DNA of 64,000 nt from Podarcis muralis (GCF_964188315.1 NC_135664.1:27528001-27592000); one strand, 5' to 3'. Counted from the first letter of the stretch, positions 37,885-50,222 are shown. Notes: a model not told the origin generated them from the letters alone. Made by a program: numbers and translations.

Positions 37885-40204
37885 TATTCATGGTGAATTC
37901 CAGCACCTCTTTTTCTAGAAAAATAGCACTGCTGAAGGTCTTCAAGAGGAATCTGGATAGCCATCTCTTGTCCCCACACCCATGCTCATCCTGAAGAATC
38001 ATAGTATACACACAGGTCCCACCATCCAAACACAATGTGTTCCCAGGAAATTGTTCGTTAGGTGTGCGTTTGCATATCGAGCTAATGATTTCCATGATTT
38101 CCTCTGGAAACATTTCTAATGCGTGGTTTGTCCTTTCTACCTTTCTCCATGGTTTCTGCCTGAAACCTCTGCAGCCAATCAGCAAAAGCCAAACAAAGGA
38201 AAAACAGATTTGCCCAATCTCTTCTGCTCCCTGATTTGTCCCGTCTCCAGTTGTTCAGATATCTGAATCAGCCATTTGTGTAATGAGGTTTAGGTATATT
38301 CTTTGTGTTCAGATAACCGAGATTTCAGATAATGAGCATTCCAATAGCGGGACCTGCATGCACACGTACTTGTCTCTCTTTGTCTATCCTGCCTTTCTAG
38401 GCAAAATGCCCACTTCAGGCAATTACCTCATGGGGCCTAGGCCCCAAATGTGTGCCACAAATATTTCAGATTAATAACTAAATAGGTGCCTGGTTTTGCC
38501 ATGGAAAAATATTGCTCCCCAAAAGCCTGTGGGCTTCATTTTTGTCCCCCTCCCTGAACTTCCACAGCCAAGCTCCATACAGCTTTCAAATTATACACTG
38601 AGTAAATGCCAGCTACTTTCTTAAGTAGAATAGCATGAACTGGCTGCAAATCATAGTATCGCATTTCAGCACTGAAGAATTCATGCCAGTGATTTCCCCT
38701 ATAGAACGAAATGTGCATTTCACTGATAAAGGCTGCAGGGAGAATAGCTCCATGCTCTGTAATTTCCCGTGCTTTTGCCAACCTCCCAGAGATAAGTGTT
38801 CAGACAACTGAGGTTTCCTTTCATAAATAGGCTCTCAAGGCATAAGCCCTCTGCTTCTATCTAACCTGGCGACAGCTTCTCAAATGCATCAGCAGTTTTC
38901 AACTACCTTGTGGCACTGCTGATAGTTTTCAGTTAGGCACGGAGAAAATGACACTAGATATCCTCCCCCTTGCCCCCTTAAACACAAATATTCACTGGTG
39001 ATAAACATGGCTCTTATTCTTTCCTGACCCAGACAGGGATTTACAAACCCCTATTTGCCCTTTAGAGGACATTGTGTGTTGTGGAAAGAATGCAGGGTAC
39101 AGACACTCAAAGATTTCGTAAGTTCCATGTCAGATCATCTAAGTAAGTCAAAATGAAATTGTGTTTTGTTTTTTTAAGTAAGAGATTATATAACCTATTG
39201 AATCATGTGCTAATTGATCCATCAGCGGGCTGCATTATAATCATGCCTTTTACTCCATATGGCATATTAATAATGGCACAATCTGAAACTGTCATACAGA
39301 GGCGTCTTTTGTAGTGGATGACACTTAAATTTTATTCAGGGACTTCTGGGTTTCATTAAAAAAAAATTAAGCCCTTTAAAAAATAGAATCTCTGCAGAAC
39401 ACCCATTTTTCACCATGATAATATGATTGTTTATGCTTGGATTAACCTGTCACTTGGCAAAGGAAGATGATGCATGGAGATTAGCAGGAGAATGGGAGGG
39501 AAATGCTTTTGTTCAAGACGTTCTCCATCTTAAAATGTCAGGTCATTCAGATACTATAGCCAGGGACTTTTGTTTCAGCCGCTTACAATTTCCCCTCCTC
39601 TCCTCCCCGTTATAAGCTTCAAACTGACAAACCGAGGACCGAAACATATCCCTAACAGTCGCAGAAGACTGTGCTGGGGGTGGAATATCTGCAATTAATA
39701 TGCAAATTAGGCTGATCATGTCTGACTAAGGCAACAGATGCGGTACTCTGAGGAGTCACTATCAGGCCTGGCTGCTGGAAACAGCTTCTACCAAGACTTG
39801 GAACATCTGTGCTGTTATAAGCTGCTAATTGAAGTTCAGAGGCTACGCTCCCAGAATTGGTAAGGCTGTGGGTGTAGCAGCGTGCTTGCGATTATTTTTC
39901 ACCTCGTTGGTGAAGGGATTCTTTTGTAGTCATCATCCCCTGAATATGTGGAGCTGTGACACACTGGAAGAGCTACAGTGACATTGATAATCGGCTCCAA
40001 ATAAGCATCGAGTGCAATGTCTGCGGTTGCTGAGAGAGAGATCCTAAGTCACTGTGGGACTTTAGAGATTAATTGGTTCCTTGCAGCTTGAGCATGGAAG
40101 CTTGCAGAATGATAAACCAGCTTGGCTGTGTCCAAATGGAAGTTTTCTGTGCTATGGATAATAATTTATAACAATAATTTATTATTATACCCCGGAAGCA
40201 TTTG

Positions 40205-41053
40205 CATAGCTGTCAAGTGTCCCTTATTTGAATGGACAGTCCCTTATTCCAGCGCCATGTCCCGCTGCTGTCCCTTATTGATGGATGTCCCTTAAATGTC
40301 CCTTAAATGATGTCCCTTAAATTTGAAAGGAAGCAGCTCCTCTCCCTCCCTCCCTGCTGGCCAGAGAGGAGGGAGGCTCCAACTGTGTTGCTTGGCTGTG
40401 TTGCTCACCCAATAAGAAGTCTAAGGATGACTGGGGGGGTGGAGCTTGCATGCCTTGTGCTGATCAAATCGGTTGCGTTCCCTGGGGACTCGCCTTTGCT
40501 CAGTGCTTCCCAGCGGAGAGGTGACAGTGGTTTTCCTTGAGGCTTCATTTGGCTGCTGGCTGGGCTTTCTGCCTTTGGCTCAGAGGGGCTCAGAAGTTGA
40601 GTGCTGAGTGCTCGGATCGGAATCGGATGGATACGTCATCGACGGCCCACTCACCCTTGCTGGTGAAAAGGTCTGTCTGGAGCGGGGGCACATGGTGGGG
40701 GAAAAGGAAAGGAGATCTTGTGGGGGGGGGGGAGGCTGTGTGTGTGTGGCTAGTTAATGCAAGCTGAGGGCTTTTTTGAATACTGGACGCCATTTTGTTG
40801 CACGTGCTGCTGCAGACTCTGCAGTGCAAAGCCAGGCCGGGGAGCCATCTTAAGTTGAGGCTGCATAGGCCTTGTGGTGCATGTGATTCAGATTCTATTC
40901 AGTTGAACCTCTGGTTACAAAGTTGGTTGGACAGTGTTCTTGAAGCTACCAGCATGAGTTTGTCCAGACTGCAGGAGGACAGGAAGACTGGAGTGCCTGG
41001 AACAGGTGAGGCTGCTGGTCCCTTATTTTCAAATCTGTAAGTTGACAGCTATG
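40205..41053 (+). mobile_element. Non-autonomous hAT element (CATAGCTGTCAA TIR), long derivative with an internal Bov-B segment
   Basis: TIR CATAGCTGTCAA / TTGACAGCTATG, perfect 8-bp TSD AGCATTTG (40197-40204, 41054-41061), and subterminal TCCCTTA repeats. Confidence 0.92.
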
Positions 41054-41141
41054 AGCATTTGTGTGTGGTGTTCGGGGGTGGGGCGGGTGTGGTGGCTTCA
41101 GAAACTTACAGACCAGGGGCCAAATGCAATGACAGTTTATA

Positions 41142-41379
41142 CAGTGGTACCTCGGGTTAAGAACTTACGTAATTCGTTCCGGAGGTCCGTTCTTAACCTG
41201 AAACTGTTCTTAACCTGAGGTACCACTTTAGCTAATGGGGCTTCCTGCTGCCGTCGCCACGCTATTTCTATTCTCATCCTGAAGCAAAGTTCTTAACCCA
41301 AGGTACTATTTCTGGGTTAACGGAGTCCGTAACCTGAAGTATCTGTAACCTGAAACATCTGTAACCCAAGGTACCACTG
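41142..41379 (-). mobile_element. Tc1/mariner MITE, family A
   Basis: TIRs and TA TSD. Reverse orientation relative to 37659. Confidence 0.92.
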
Positions 41380-41708
41380 TAATTTAGGGACACTTCATTT
41401 TTTCAAATTATTATTTCAACTTGTTTGCTGATTTCCCACATAAATGTTCCCATAGCGGCTCACAGCACTGTCTAATGCAAATTCATTTCCAAACATCACA
41501 TGACAGATCCAAATAAATAACTCATTTGGATAGTATGGGCGTTATTTCATAATGAATTTTTAAATGTTATATACTCTCAGCCATTCAAACACATTCCTTG
41601 ATTTCAGTTGGTTGAAAATATATATGATCAACATTTCTAGTGCAGCCAGATATTCCTCAAAAGTGCCAAGTTCAGGAAATGGTAGATCTTTTAGAGTCCT
41701 GGAGTAGG

Positions 41709-41841
41709 NNNNNNNNNNNNNNNNNNNNNNNNNNNNNNNNNNNNNNNNNNNNNNNNNNNNNNNNNNNNNNNNNNNNNNNNNNNNNNNNNNNNNNNNNNNN
41801 NNNNNNNNNNNNNNNNNNNNNNNNNNNNNNNNNNNNNNNNN
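41709..41841. other. Assembly gap (133 N)
   Basis: Run of N. Confidence 1.
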
Positions 41842-42005
41842 AAACAGTTATGGGTTCCCCTAAAGAATTATGGGAGCTGTAGTTTGTGCTGGGAGCTGTT
41901 AGGAGACCCTATTCTCCTCAATGACCTTTGATTCCCAGAGCAGTTTAATAATCAATTTTTCTTCTCAAGGAACTCTGGGAACCATAGCTCTCTGATATGA
42001 AAATA

Positions 42006-42369
42006 AGGTAAAGGTAAAGGTACCCCTGCCCGTACGGGCCAGTCTTGACAGACTCTAGGGTTGTGCGCCCATCTCACTTAAGAGGCCGGGGGCCAGCGCT
42101 GTCCGCAGACACTTCCGGGTCACGTGGCCAGTGTGACATCGCTGCTCCGGCGAGCCAGAGCCGCACACGGAAACGCCGTTTACCTTCCCGCTAGTAAGCG
42201 GTCCCTATTTATCTACTTGCACCCGGGGGTGCTTTCGAACTGCTAGGTTGGCAGGCGCTGGGACCGAGCGAAGGGAGCGCACCCCGCCGCGGGGATTCGA
42301 ACCGCCGACCTTTCAATCGGCAAGTCCTAGGTGCTGAGGCTTTAACCCACAGCGCCACCCGCGTCCCCC
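42006..42369 (-). mobile_element. Sauria SINE (same subfamily as 828)
   Basis: Full length. Perfect 12-bp TSD GATATGAAAATA (41994-42005, 42370-42381). Inserted in an older hairpin-type repeat. Confidence 0.95.
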
Positions 42370-42705
42370 GATATGAAAATAGGGGTATTAAAAAGAACCA
42401 AAACTGTCTTCTAGCCATCGATATTTGGGAGCCGCATGCCACCATATGCTTTGAATTGCAAGAGAGCAAGTCCACCTTTGACTGTATTAAATTGTGACTT
42501 TTCAACTCTAGACTTTTCTGATGTGGGCCTATGTATTGAATGAAGTACCCTAACCTATTTTTGAGCCTCTCCACAATGTTCTCGTGGTCTTCTATTCCCC
42601 AGAGATCCCATCACTAGTTATATCTGTGTTTGCTGCTGCAGAGAAACAACATTACTCCATTTGAAACCTAAGGGGAGGAAAATCTTTCTGATCCTAAAAT
42701 GAGTA

Positions 42706-42709
<4 letters not shown>

Positions 42710-42747
<38 letters not shown>
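42710..42747. repeat. (GA)n microsatellite
   Basis: Directly visible. Confidence 0.95.
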
Positions 42748-42749
<2 letters not shown>

Positions 42750-43212
42750 GATTTAGATGCAATCTCAGGTTCCAAGTCTTAAATTAAGCTCTCTGTCTTT
42801 TCTGTCTCCCATTGACTTTAGACTTAATTCTGCATGCACAAAGTCTGTTGCCCTAGATTTACTTCTGAGTTCCAAGAACACCTTGTTTACAGAAATAACT
42901 GCTGAGAGAGCTCTTTTCTAGGAACTTTCTAAAAACCGTCTTCCAAGGGTTTCGAACACAAACCATTAACATTTATTTTCTGCTACATTTGAGAGAGAAA
43001 TGAGGTAGTATCAATGCAAGAAGCAATTGCTTAGGGACTATTCTAACTCTTCCCCCCCCCCAACCTGAAGTCACTTTGAGCACATTGGATGAGGCATGCA
43101 GAGCGAAACAACCAACAGGTTAGTTTATGATTTTGCAAGTTTGCTTGCATAGTCTCCTATGCACTTTCCAGAAGAGGTGCAATTCTGGATAGCTCACCCA
43201 AAGAACAAAGCA

Positions 43213-44087
43213 AGACAGCATCTTAAAAAGCAGAGACATCACCTTGCCAAAAAAGGCCCGTATAGTTAAAGCCATGGTTTTCCCAGTAGTGATGTATGGA
43301 AGTGAGAGCTGGACCATAAAGAAGGCTGATCGCCGAAGAATTGATGCTTTTGAATTATGGTGCTGGAGGAGACTCTCGAGAGTCCCATGGACTGCAAGAA
43401 GATCAAACCTATCCATTCTGAAGGAAATCAGCCCTGAGTGCTCACTGGAAGGACAGATCGTGAAGCTGAGGCTCCAATACTTTGGCCACCTCATGAGAAG
43501 AGAAGACTCCCTGGAAAAGACAGTGATGTTGGGAAAGATGGAGGGCACAAGGAGAAGGGGACGACAGAGGACGAGATGGTTAGACAGTGTTCTTGAAGCT
43601 ACCAGCATGAGTTTGACCAAACTGCGGGAGGCAGTGGAAGACAGGAGTGTGGCTATTGGATGGCTATTGGATGGAGTCCGGCACTCTTCCCTGTGCCTCA
43701 CTGCACTCCCGTGGATAGCTCTCCGTCAGCTACTTGTAGCAGAGTCGTCGCAGCGGTAGAAACTGTTGCGATGTGTGTGTGTGTAATAACTCAGACTGCA
43801 CGCAGACTTTCTTGTTTATCTCCAACAGTCTTTAATCGCGTAGAAAAACATCATAAATCAGCCCGGCGAAAGAGCGCACATCTTGCTGCGTCGCCGCAAA
43901 AGGGAAAGAACAAAGCACACAGAGAAACACTCCCCTCTGTGAACATAGTCACGCCTCAGAATGTGAGACGTCACTCAGAACTGTTTAACCCTGTAAGTTC
44001 TGATTCTCTTCACAAGGAGTGCCTGGCATGCTCTGGTCCATGGGGTCATGAAGAGTCGGACACGACTAAACGACTAAAGAACAACAA
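43213..44087 (+). mobile_element. Bov-B LINE 3' end interrupted by a solo LTR
   Basis: ORF ...VKAMVFPVVMYGSESWTIKKADRRRIDAFELWCWRRLSRVPWTARRSNLSILKEISPECSLEG...KLREAVEDRS resumes at 44020 and ends AAGAGTCGGACACGACTAAACGACTAAAGAACAACAA. Confidence 0.96.
43648..44014 (-). mobile_element. Solo LTR (367 bp), young and CpG-rich
   Basis: TGT...ACA termini and perfect 5-bp TSD AGGAG (43643-43647, 44015-44019). ATTAAA on the minus strand (43831-43836) suggests the orientation. About 18 CpG by my count. Confidence 0.9.
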
Positions 44088-44589
44088 GAATCCCAACATT
44101 CAAAGGTCACTTGTAGAACCATGGGCACAGCCAGGATTTATTTTAGGAGGGGGCAGGCTTTATGTTGGGGGGTGTCAGAACCTCAGTTAGTTCTTTTTTA
44201 TTGATTTACTTAATTGGGGGGGGGGCACCTGCAGTTTGCCCTTATTTCTATAGAGATCTTACCAAAATAATTTGGAACATCATCATGTCACAATGTATGT
44301 GCCATTTAAGTCCCAGGGCACCCAAAGTGTAAGTAATTATTAATGTGAAAACATTATGCTTCCCTCTCCCAGACAAGAAAAAGTTAACCATCTTTAGAGT
44401 GCTGCAAGCATCTTAATAAAACTTACCAGAGAAGATAATCATGAGGGGAAATGAGATGAGCATGACAAAAACACATTTGGTATAGAATTCCCAGATGACC
44501 CTGGATGTAAAATTACAGAATAATACATTTCAGACTATCTATTTAAGGTCCTAACGGAATTTGCTCTGCATTATTTGAGCTTCAGATTC

Positions 44590-44591
<2 letters not shown>

Positions 44592-44628
<37 letters not shown>

Positions 44629-44785
44629 GTTTCTTGATTATAAAACAGGATAATGTATTATCTTTCTCCTTTACTGCCATTTCAGGGGCCTATTAAACAT
44701 TACCCTAGCCATGTGGGGACTGTTTCTACTAGTGGACCCCAGGCAGCTGGCAAAAGATTCAGATGACCCAACCACAGCGCGCGTG

Positions 44786-44816
<31 letters not shown>

Positions 44817-44848
44817 TGGTGTGTGGTGTGTGGTGTGTGTGTGTGTGT
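44592..44848. repeat. (CA)n at 44592-44626 and (GC)3(GT)n at 44777-44848
   Basis: Directly visible; the two tracts are mutually complementary. Confidence 0.92.
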
Positions 44849-45587
44849 AGTTTTCCCCCCTGTGGGTGTATTCTACCACATGTCACACTGATGCAGTAAT
44901 AGTGCATTAGCGGTGAATGTTCTCTCCACACTTCTGGAGAGTTGTTGTTCTGCGATGCTTTCCCAGTGTTACTGCACTATTGTTGTCTGGCAGGGCACTC
45001 TTGCACTATAGTGTATCAAAAGCAGTACACACACAAAAAGTGGCACATTTGTGGTATAAAAAGTTACAGGATTTCAGCAGGAAGCTACAGGACAGGCACC
45101 TATTGGAAATGAAACAGTTACGTCCAGCCCAAAACTTTTGCTGGTACAAACAGAGTTGAAAGCAAGATTGTGTGTAACCACCTCAATAGTATCACAAATC
45201 ATAATGAATGCACAATGAAAAGTACATCTGGAGGGACCCTGTGTGTGATTACATGGGTCCTTCTCATGGAATCAGCCTCAACCTCCGAGTAGGGTGTTGA
45301 GTCTCAGTTGCCCTCACTCATGTATTTCATGAGTGAGGGCAACTCACTCATTTCAAAGTCATTCTAGTTCTGTCGGATCTGCTTACACAAAGTGGCTCCA
45401 TTTAGCCCAAAGCACCATTTGAAAGGAGTTCTCCCCCTCCAAATGAAGGGACCTCACAAATGAGCCATATGGATATATTTCTGCAGACCTCATTAATTGG
45501 ATAGTGAACTGCAGCTATATGATGTGAGCTGACAAGACCTTCACAGAAGAGGTTCATGGAACAGAAAAAACATATACTGCCTCAAAA

Positions 45588-45690
45588 GTTTCTGTAGAAG
45601 TGTGCATGCACACGAAAGCTCATACCAAGAACAAACTTAGTTGGACTCTAGGTGCTACTGGACATTTTTTAATTTTATTTTTATTTCTAC
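45588..45690 (+). mobile_element. Penelope-like element terminal fragment with a decayed hammerhead motif
   Basis: CTGTAGAAGTGTGCATGCACACGAAAGCTCATACCAAGAACAAACTTAGTTGGACTCTAGGTGCTACTGG followed by a T-rich tail. Homologous to 62065-62164. PLE identity is from recall. Confidence 0.75.
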
Positions 45691-45710
45691 TGCCCCAAAA
45701 GTTGTAAGGG

Positions 45711-46167
45711 AGACTATCGAAGAATGGCAGATGATGGACTATATGGAACTTGCCGAACTGACCGGGAGACACCGAGACCAGAGAGAAGAGACGGTGGAAG
45801 AAGATTGGAAGAAGTTTAAGGAATATTTGAAGAAATATGTTAATATTTAAATCTCAGAATAGCTTTGGAAGTGGATAAAGGCTGTAGGATTAGAAGTAGA
45901 AGATAGTGTATTTTAAAATAGTATTATTTGTTAGTGATAAAATGTGAAGTTTTCTATGGTTAAAGTAAGAGTGATAAAAAAAAATGGTTAGAAATTATGA
46001 TATATGTAAACTGCTAAAGATGAAGTAAAATGAAAATCAGATAGGTGGGACTTGGGGAAGCCCACTTAACAATGTTTAGGAAAAATAAGGATAAGACAAG
46101 AATCTGTTTGTATTGTTTGTTTTTCTGTTTGTGTTCTTTATTTGTGTTATAAAATGAATAAAAAAAT
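45711..46167 (+). mobile_element. L1 LINE 3' end
   Basis: ORF2 C-terminus EEWQMMDYMELAELTGRHRDQREETVEEDWKKFKEYLKKYVNI*, an AT-rich 3' UTR, and AATAAA with an A tail at 46157-46166. Confidence 0.85.
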
Positions 46168-46732
46168 TGGGGGGGGGGAGTTGTGAGAAAGTTTGCTTGT
46201 GGCTAAGCAAAGAAGAAAGTTTCTAAGTAGAATATACTGAAACACAGTTTTACAAGGAGAAAAAAATGCATCCTTTCGTTATGAAACCTTAGAATAAGTA
46301 TGGATGATATTGCACAAGACAATACAAACACACACATTTTGCTGAATGCCTTGTATGCTAAATGTGTTAAAGAGAAATTGGTTCTCGCTGTTTTTTTCTT
46401 TTAAGGGTGTGTGGCCGTGTGCAGTCTTTGACATTATTTTCACCTTTTCCTCAGAACAGCAAGTTCCATTTCATAGACAGATGTTAAGGTCAGAAAGGAA
46501 CACTGAAACCATGTAGTGTGACCTCCCCGCACCCCACCCCCAGTTACTGAGGCCAATTCCTTTTCCTTTGGCTATTTCTAACATGAGGGTCACTGACCTG
46601 CATTTGAAGTAAGCATATCACTTAGAAGAACGTCATAATCTATCTTTTCAAGTTGTGGAGAATCCACTAGATTCTTGGGCAATCTGGTTGCTGATCGGAA
46701 GTAGCAAATTCTACAGAAAGATAGTTAAGTTT

Positions 46733-46952
46733 CAGTAGCCGCCAGTGTGATGGGGTACCCTCCCAACCCCAGTGTCACAACAGCTCACCTAGGTGGGGCA
46801 GGGCAGGGCAGGGCAGCAGCAAGGCTAAGATTTCGTGGATGCACATTTTGTTGCAACAGTGCCTCATGCCAGGCCCTCCAAGGTGATCTGCAGTGATACC
46901 AATGTCAGGAGGGCAGCTCTGCAGCTCTGCCTCACCACACTGGCCGCTACGG
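46733..46952. mobile_element. Probable old MITE
   Basis: GTAGCCGCCAGTGTG / CACACTGGCCGCTAC inverted termini (14/15). Degenerate flanks. Confidence 0.5.
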
Positions 46953-49542
46953 GGTAGTTTTACTAAGGAAACATTTAAAACGTGACTTTGTCCAGGCAGC
47001 TCTCCCAGGAAACAAAGCATAGATCACATTTGCACCGTTCATTTAAAGCATTTATACCACTTTAACAGTCACAGAGGTACAACCCCCAGAACCCTGAACA
47101 AATATGGTTCCCATAATTCCTTGGATAACCAGTTGCTTTAAATATATGGTGTGGATGTGGCAATATTTGGACACCAGGAAGAAAGCTACAGATAAGTTGT
47201 ATTTCTTGCGAGGGGAGTATCCTGTGTCCCCATATGCTGAATAGGAAAGTCCATGTTCTCATTTCACTACTGACATATTTACGATGTATCATGACAATGT
47301 AGCATTATTATTAACAATTACTGTTCTTTAATGTGAGTATCTCATAAACAATGTTCTGCCAGATCTTTCCCTTCTGCAAACTGGCTAAACTTCACTGAAT
47401 TTTATAGGGTTAGGCCAGACGATCCCAAGTTATTCAAGGAAATGTATTTATTTATCTGACATTAGTCCAAGTCAATGATTAAAGAAAACAGAGCCTTTTT
47501 GTTTTAAGAATCCACAAAGGAAGACTCTAGCATGAGACTAAAATGAAATGTTAGCAGCATGTGGTAGACTTATTGTGCTGGTAAGAATGGGGAAAAAAGT
47601 TGCTTTTAACTATATTTTGCAATTCAAAGCATATCCCTGCTAACTTTTTGATATTAATTAAAATAGTCTGTTGATGCTTCTTTGGAAAAGTTTCAGATCA
47701 TGCAGCTTTTAGGAGAAAAATATGTCTTCTTGAGTTGTGGAAGTACAAAGAAAAAGGGAAAGAAGTTCTACTTGTTTAGATTAGTCTCACAAATGACAGG
47801 ATTAGACAATGTGACGGTCGTAAGCCAACTTCCATTTAGATCTGGTATACACATGTGTGTACAGCATTTTTGGACACCTGATGACAGGTGAATGCATGAA
47901 CTGACTCCATTGAAAAGTATTACTATTGAGGTGGTCTGATACAGCACATCCTCTCATATGGCATAATTGGAGAAGTAATAAAGAGGCATGGATGAACAAG
48001 CCCTGAAATATTTCTTTTAGCACAGGGATGAGAAACCTGTAGACCTCCAGAGACCATAGGCCATGTTCATCAGATTTGGCAACAACTGGTGGACCACAGT
48101 TTTCCAGTCAATTCTTTAGTACCTCAATATCTGTATATGCATGCATACCATGTACCCTTGTAAACATATATTCATATACACCACTTTACTCACAGATATA
48201 AATTTATATACTGATTTTGTTTCTTGTTTTGCATCATTTGCTCAATGAAATTTAAGCCTGGAAAGAAGCAGAAGAGAATAATATGTTTAAGAACACTTTG
48301 TGACAGAGAAAGGAAATAGTTACTGCTAATCAACATGAGAAATACAGGTTCGTTAATTATCATGGTACTAATCAAAGTTCTTGATCAGCTGAGATATCAT
48401 AATGGTAAGTGTGGAAAGTATTGTTGAGCATTTACCGGTAATTGTTTTCAGGTTAAGCTTTGCAGCAAATTAAAAAATTTGAGCGTCGGGTATTTTGCAC
48501 AGTCTTCAAAATATGCTATTTCCATCACAACATTGCATTCTAAGGGTTCTGGAAAAGTCACTATGTGGCCAGGGATACACAGATATTTCGGACCACCCTT
48601 AACTGGTCTGAAATATCAGTAAAAAGATACATGGAAAGCATTTGGATTAGGTTTGTACCAAATAAAAAAGGACCATTTCTCAGCAGTTTCGCCTACCTAA
48701 ATGCACTGTTTGTCTGTATTTCGGAAGTGAGGCAAAGATGTTTTCTGGGCGAGAACAAGAGCAGAAGCTGTTTTGTTTTCTCCAGAAAGCCCTGTTCTGA
48801 GGAGGTTTTTCAATTTTGGGCAATTCAAAATGGCTGTCAATATTCGGCTGCCTCCTTTGCCAGTCTTTGGAGGGCAGTAATGTTTAGCATCAACACTTTT
48901 ACTGAATGAGTAGATTGTTCCTTTTGCAGCCCATTTTGTTTCAGATGGGTATTGTGCTTAAGAAGCTGTGGGGCCACCTATTTTATAAGACCATTTCTAT
49001 TCAATTTTCTGGGTCAGTTTCACAAATGTTGGCAAAATCACTGCTTATCCCCTGTTTTGTTGATTGGGTGAAGTAAGTTATGTGGTCATGAGGGAAAATA
49101 GTGGAGGGGCAGTCTTTCTGATATACAGTGTCCAGCTGCACAAGTTTCATATATCAAAACCAGGACAACTGAGAGCCATTGCAAACCCTGATGGACTGGT
49201 GTAGGGATTTTCCAGCAGCCTCTGATCAAACTGTTGCCAGCTGAATCTGAATGAGCCTATCACAGCTACAGTTATTCAGCCCCACAGTTTAACCTAGCAA
49301 TGGGAAGAAGAGATGATATGCATGCTTCGTGTTGAAGAAAAAACATTTGCTTTAAGCAGCCTTGATTTATGGGGGTTTTAGAGAAATAAATGCATTCTTT
49401 AACTCCCTGAAAGGTCAGCATCAAACTACAGACTCAGATTTGTCATAATTGTTGCCCTTCTGTGGCAAATCAGCTGGCAATTTATAACTCTCAGCTGGCT
49501 TCAGTTGTCAAAGAATGGAAATCTCATTTTAGATAGACTGTA

Positions 49543-49690
49543 TGTGCTTTTTTATTCTTAAAAAAAATGTTTAGGGGTACTCTCATTTTCCTACTCATAT
49601 TGAAATACTGCCCTTCAACGAGGCCAAATGCAGAGTCACAAAATGTTTAGGGGTATGCATACCCCTGTGTCCCCCCAGAAAAAAACACTG
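49543..49690 (+). mobile_element. hAT MITE, same family as 30348
   Basis: Near-colinear with 30348-30487. Confidence 0.82.
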
Positions 49691-50168
49691 GTTTTACCTC
49701 AGACAATCCTGCATTTATGTCACTTTTCATATAGATTGCCTGCCTCTCCCTTTTCTCCGGAATCTTCTAGGAGCATTGTTGCTACTTGTCACAATGTTGA
49801 GTGGATAAAGGCAAGTCTCTTAAACCCTTTGAGAGTAGCTGCTATTCATGCAAACTTGAATGTACCAAACGTGAGGGCCCTCAATGTAATTTTGTTTGCG
49901 TTCAGAAGCTGCAAGAATGAAGCTGCTCTATAGCAAGTCACATCATTGGTTCATCTAGCAGAACACTGAATATACTTACTTGCAGCATCTCTCCAGGGTT
50001 TCATCCAGGAGTTTTCCACAGAAAGCTTATTTGTTGGACCAATGCACTGACTCCCTCTCTATATATGGTGACTGAGACTGACAATGAACAGACCTGTGAA
50101 TGAGTGCACATGAAATTGATGCAGAATGGAAATAAATTCATCCCCACTTCTGATGCCCATCAATGTTA

Positions 50169-50222
50169 CCGTGTTCATGGAAGACAACCTTACCTGGCTG
50201 TGAGTGATCGCCAAAGAAGAGA
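50169..50222 (+). mobile_element. RTE LINE extreme 3' tail
   Basis: CCGTGTTCATGGAAGACAACCTTACCTGGCTGTGAGTGATCGCCAAAGAAGAG matches 57422-57477. Confidence 0.8.

Noticed and set aside
43244-44190. ORFs of 171, 176 and 193 aa as host genes
   Set aside because: They are a Bov-B ORF fragment, its antisense, and read-through into the solo LTR.
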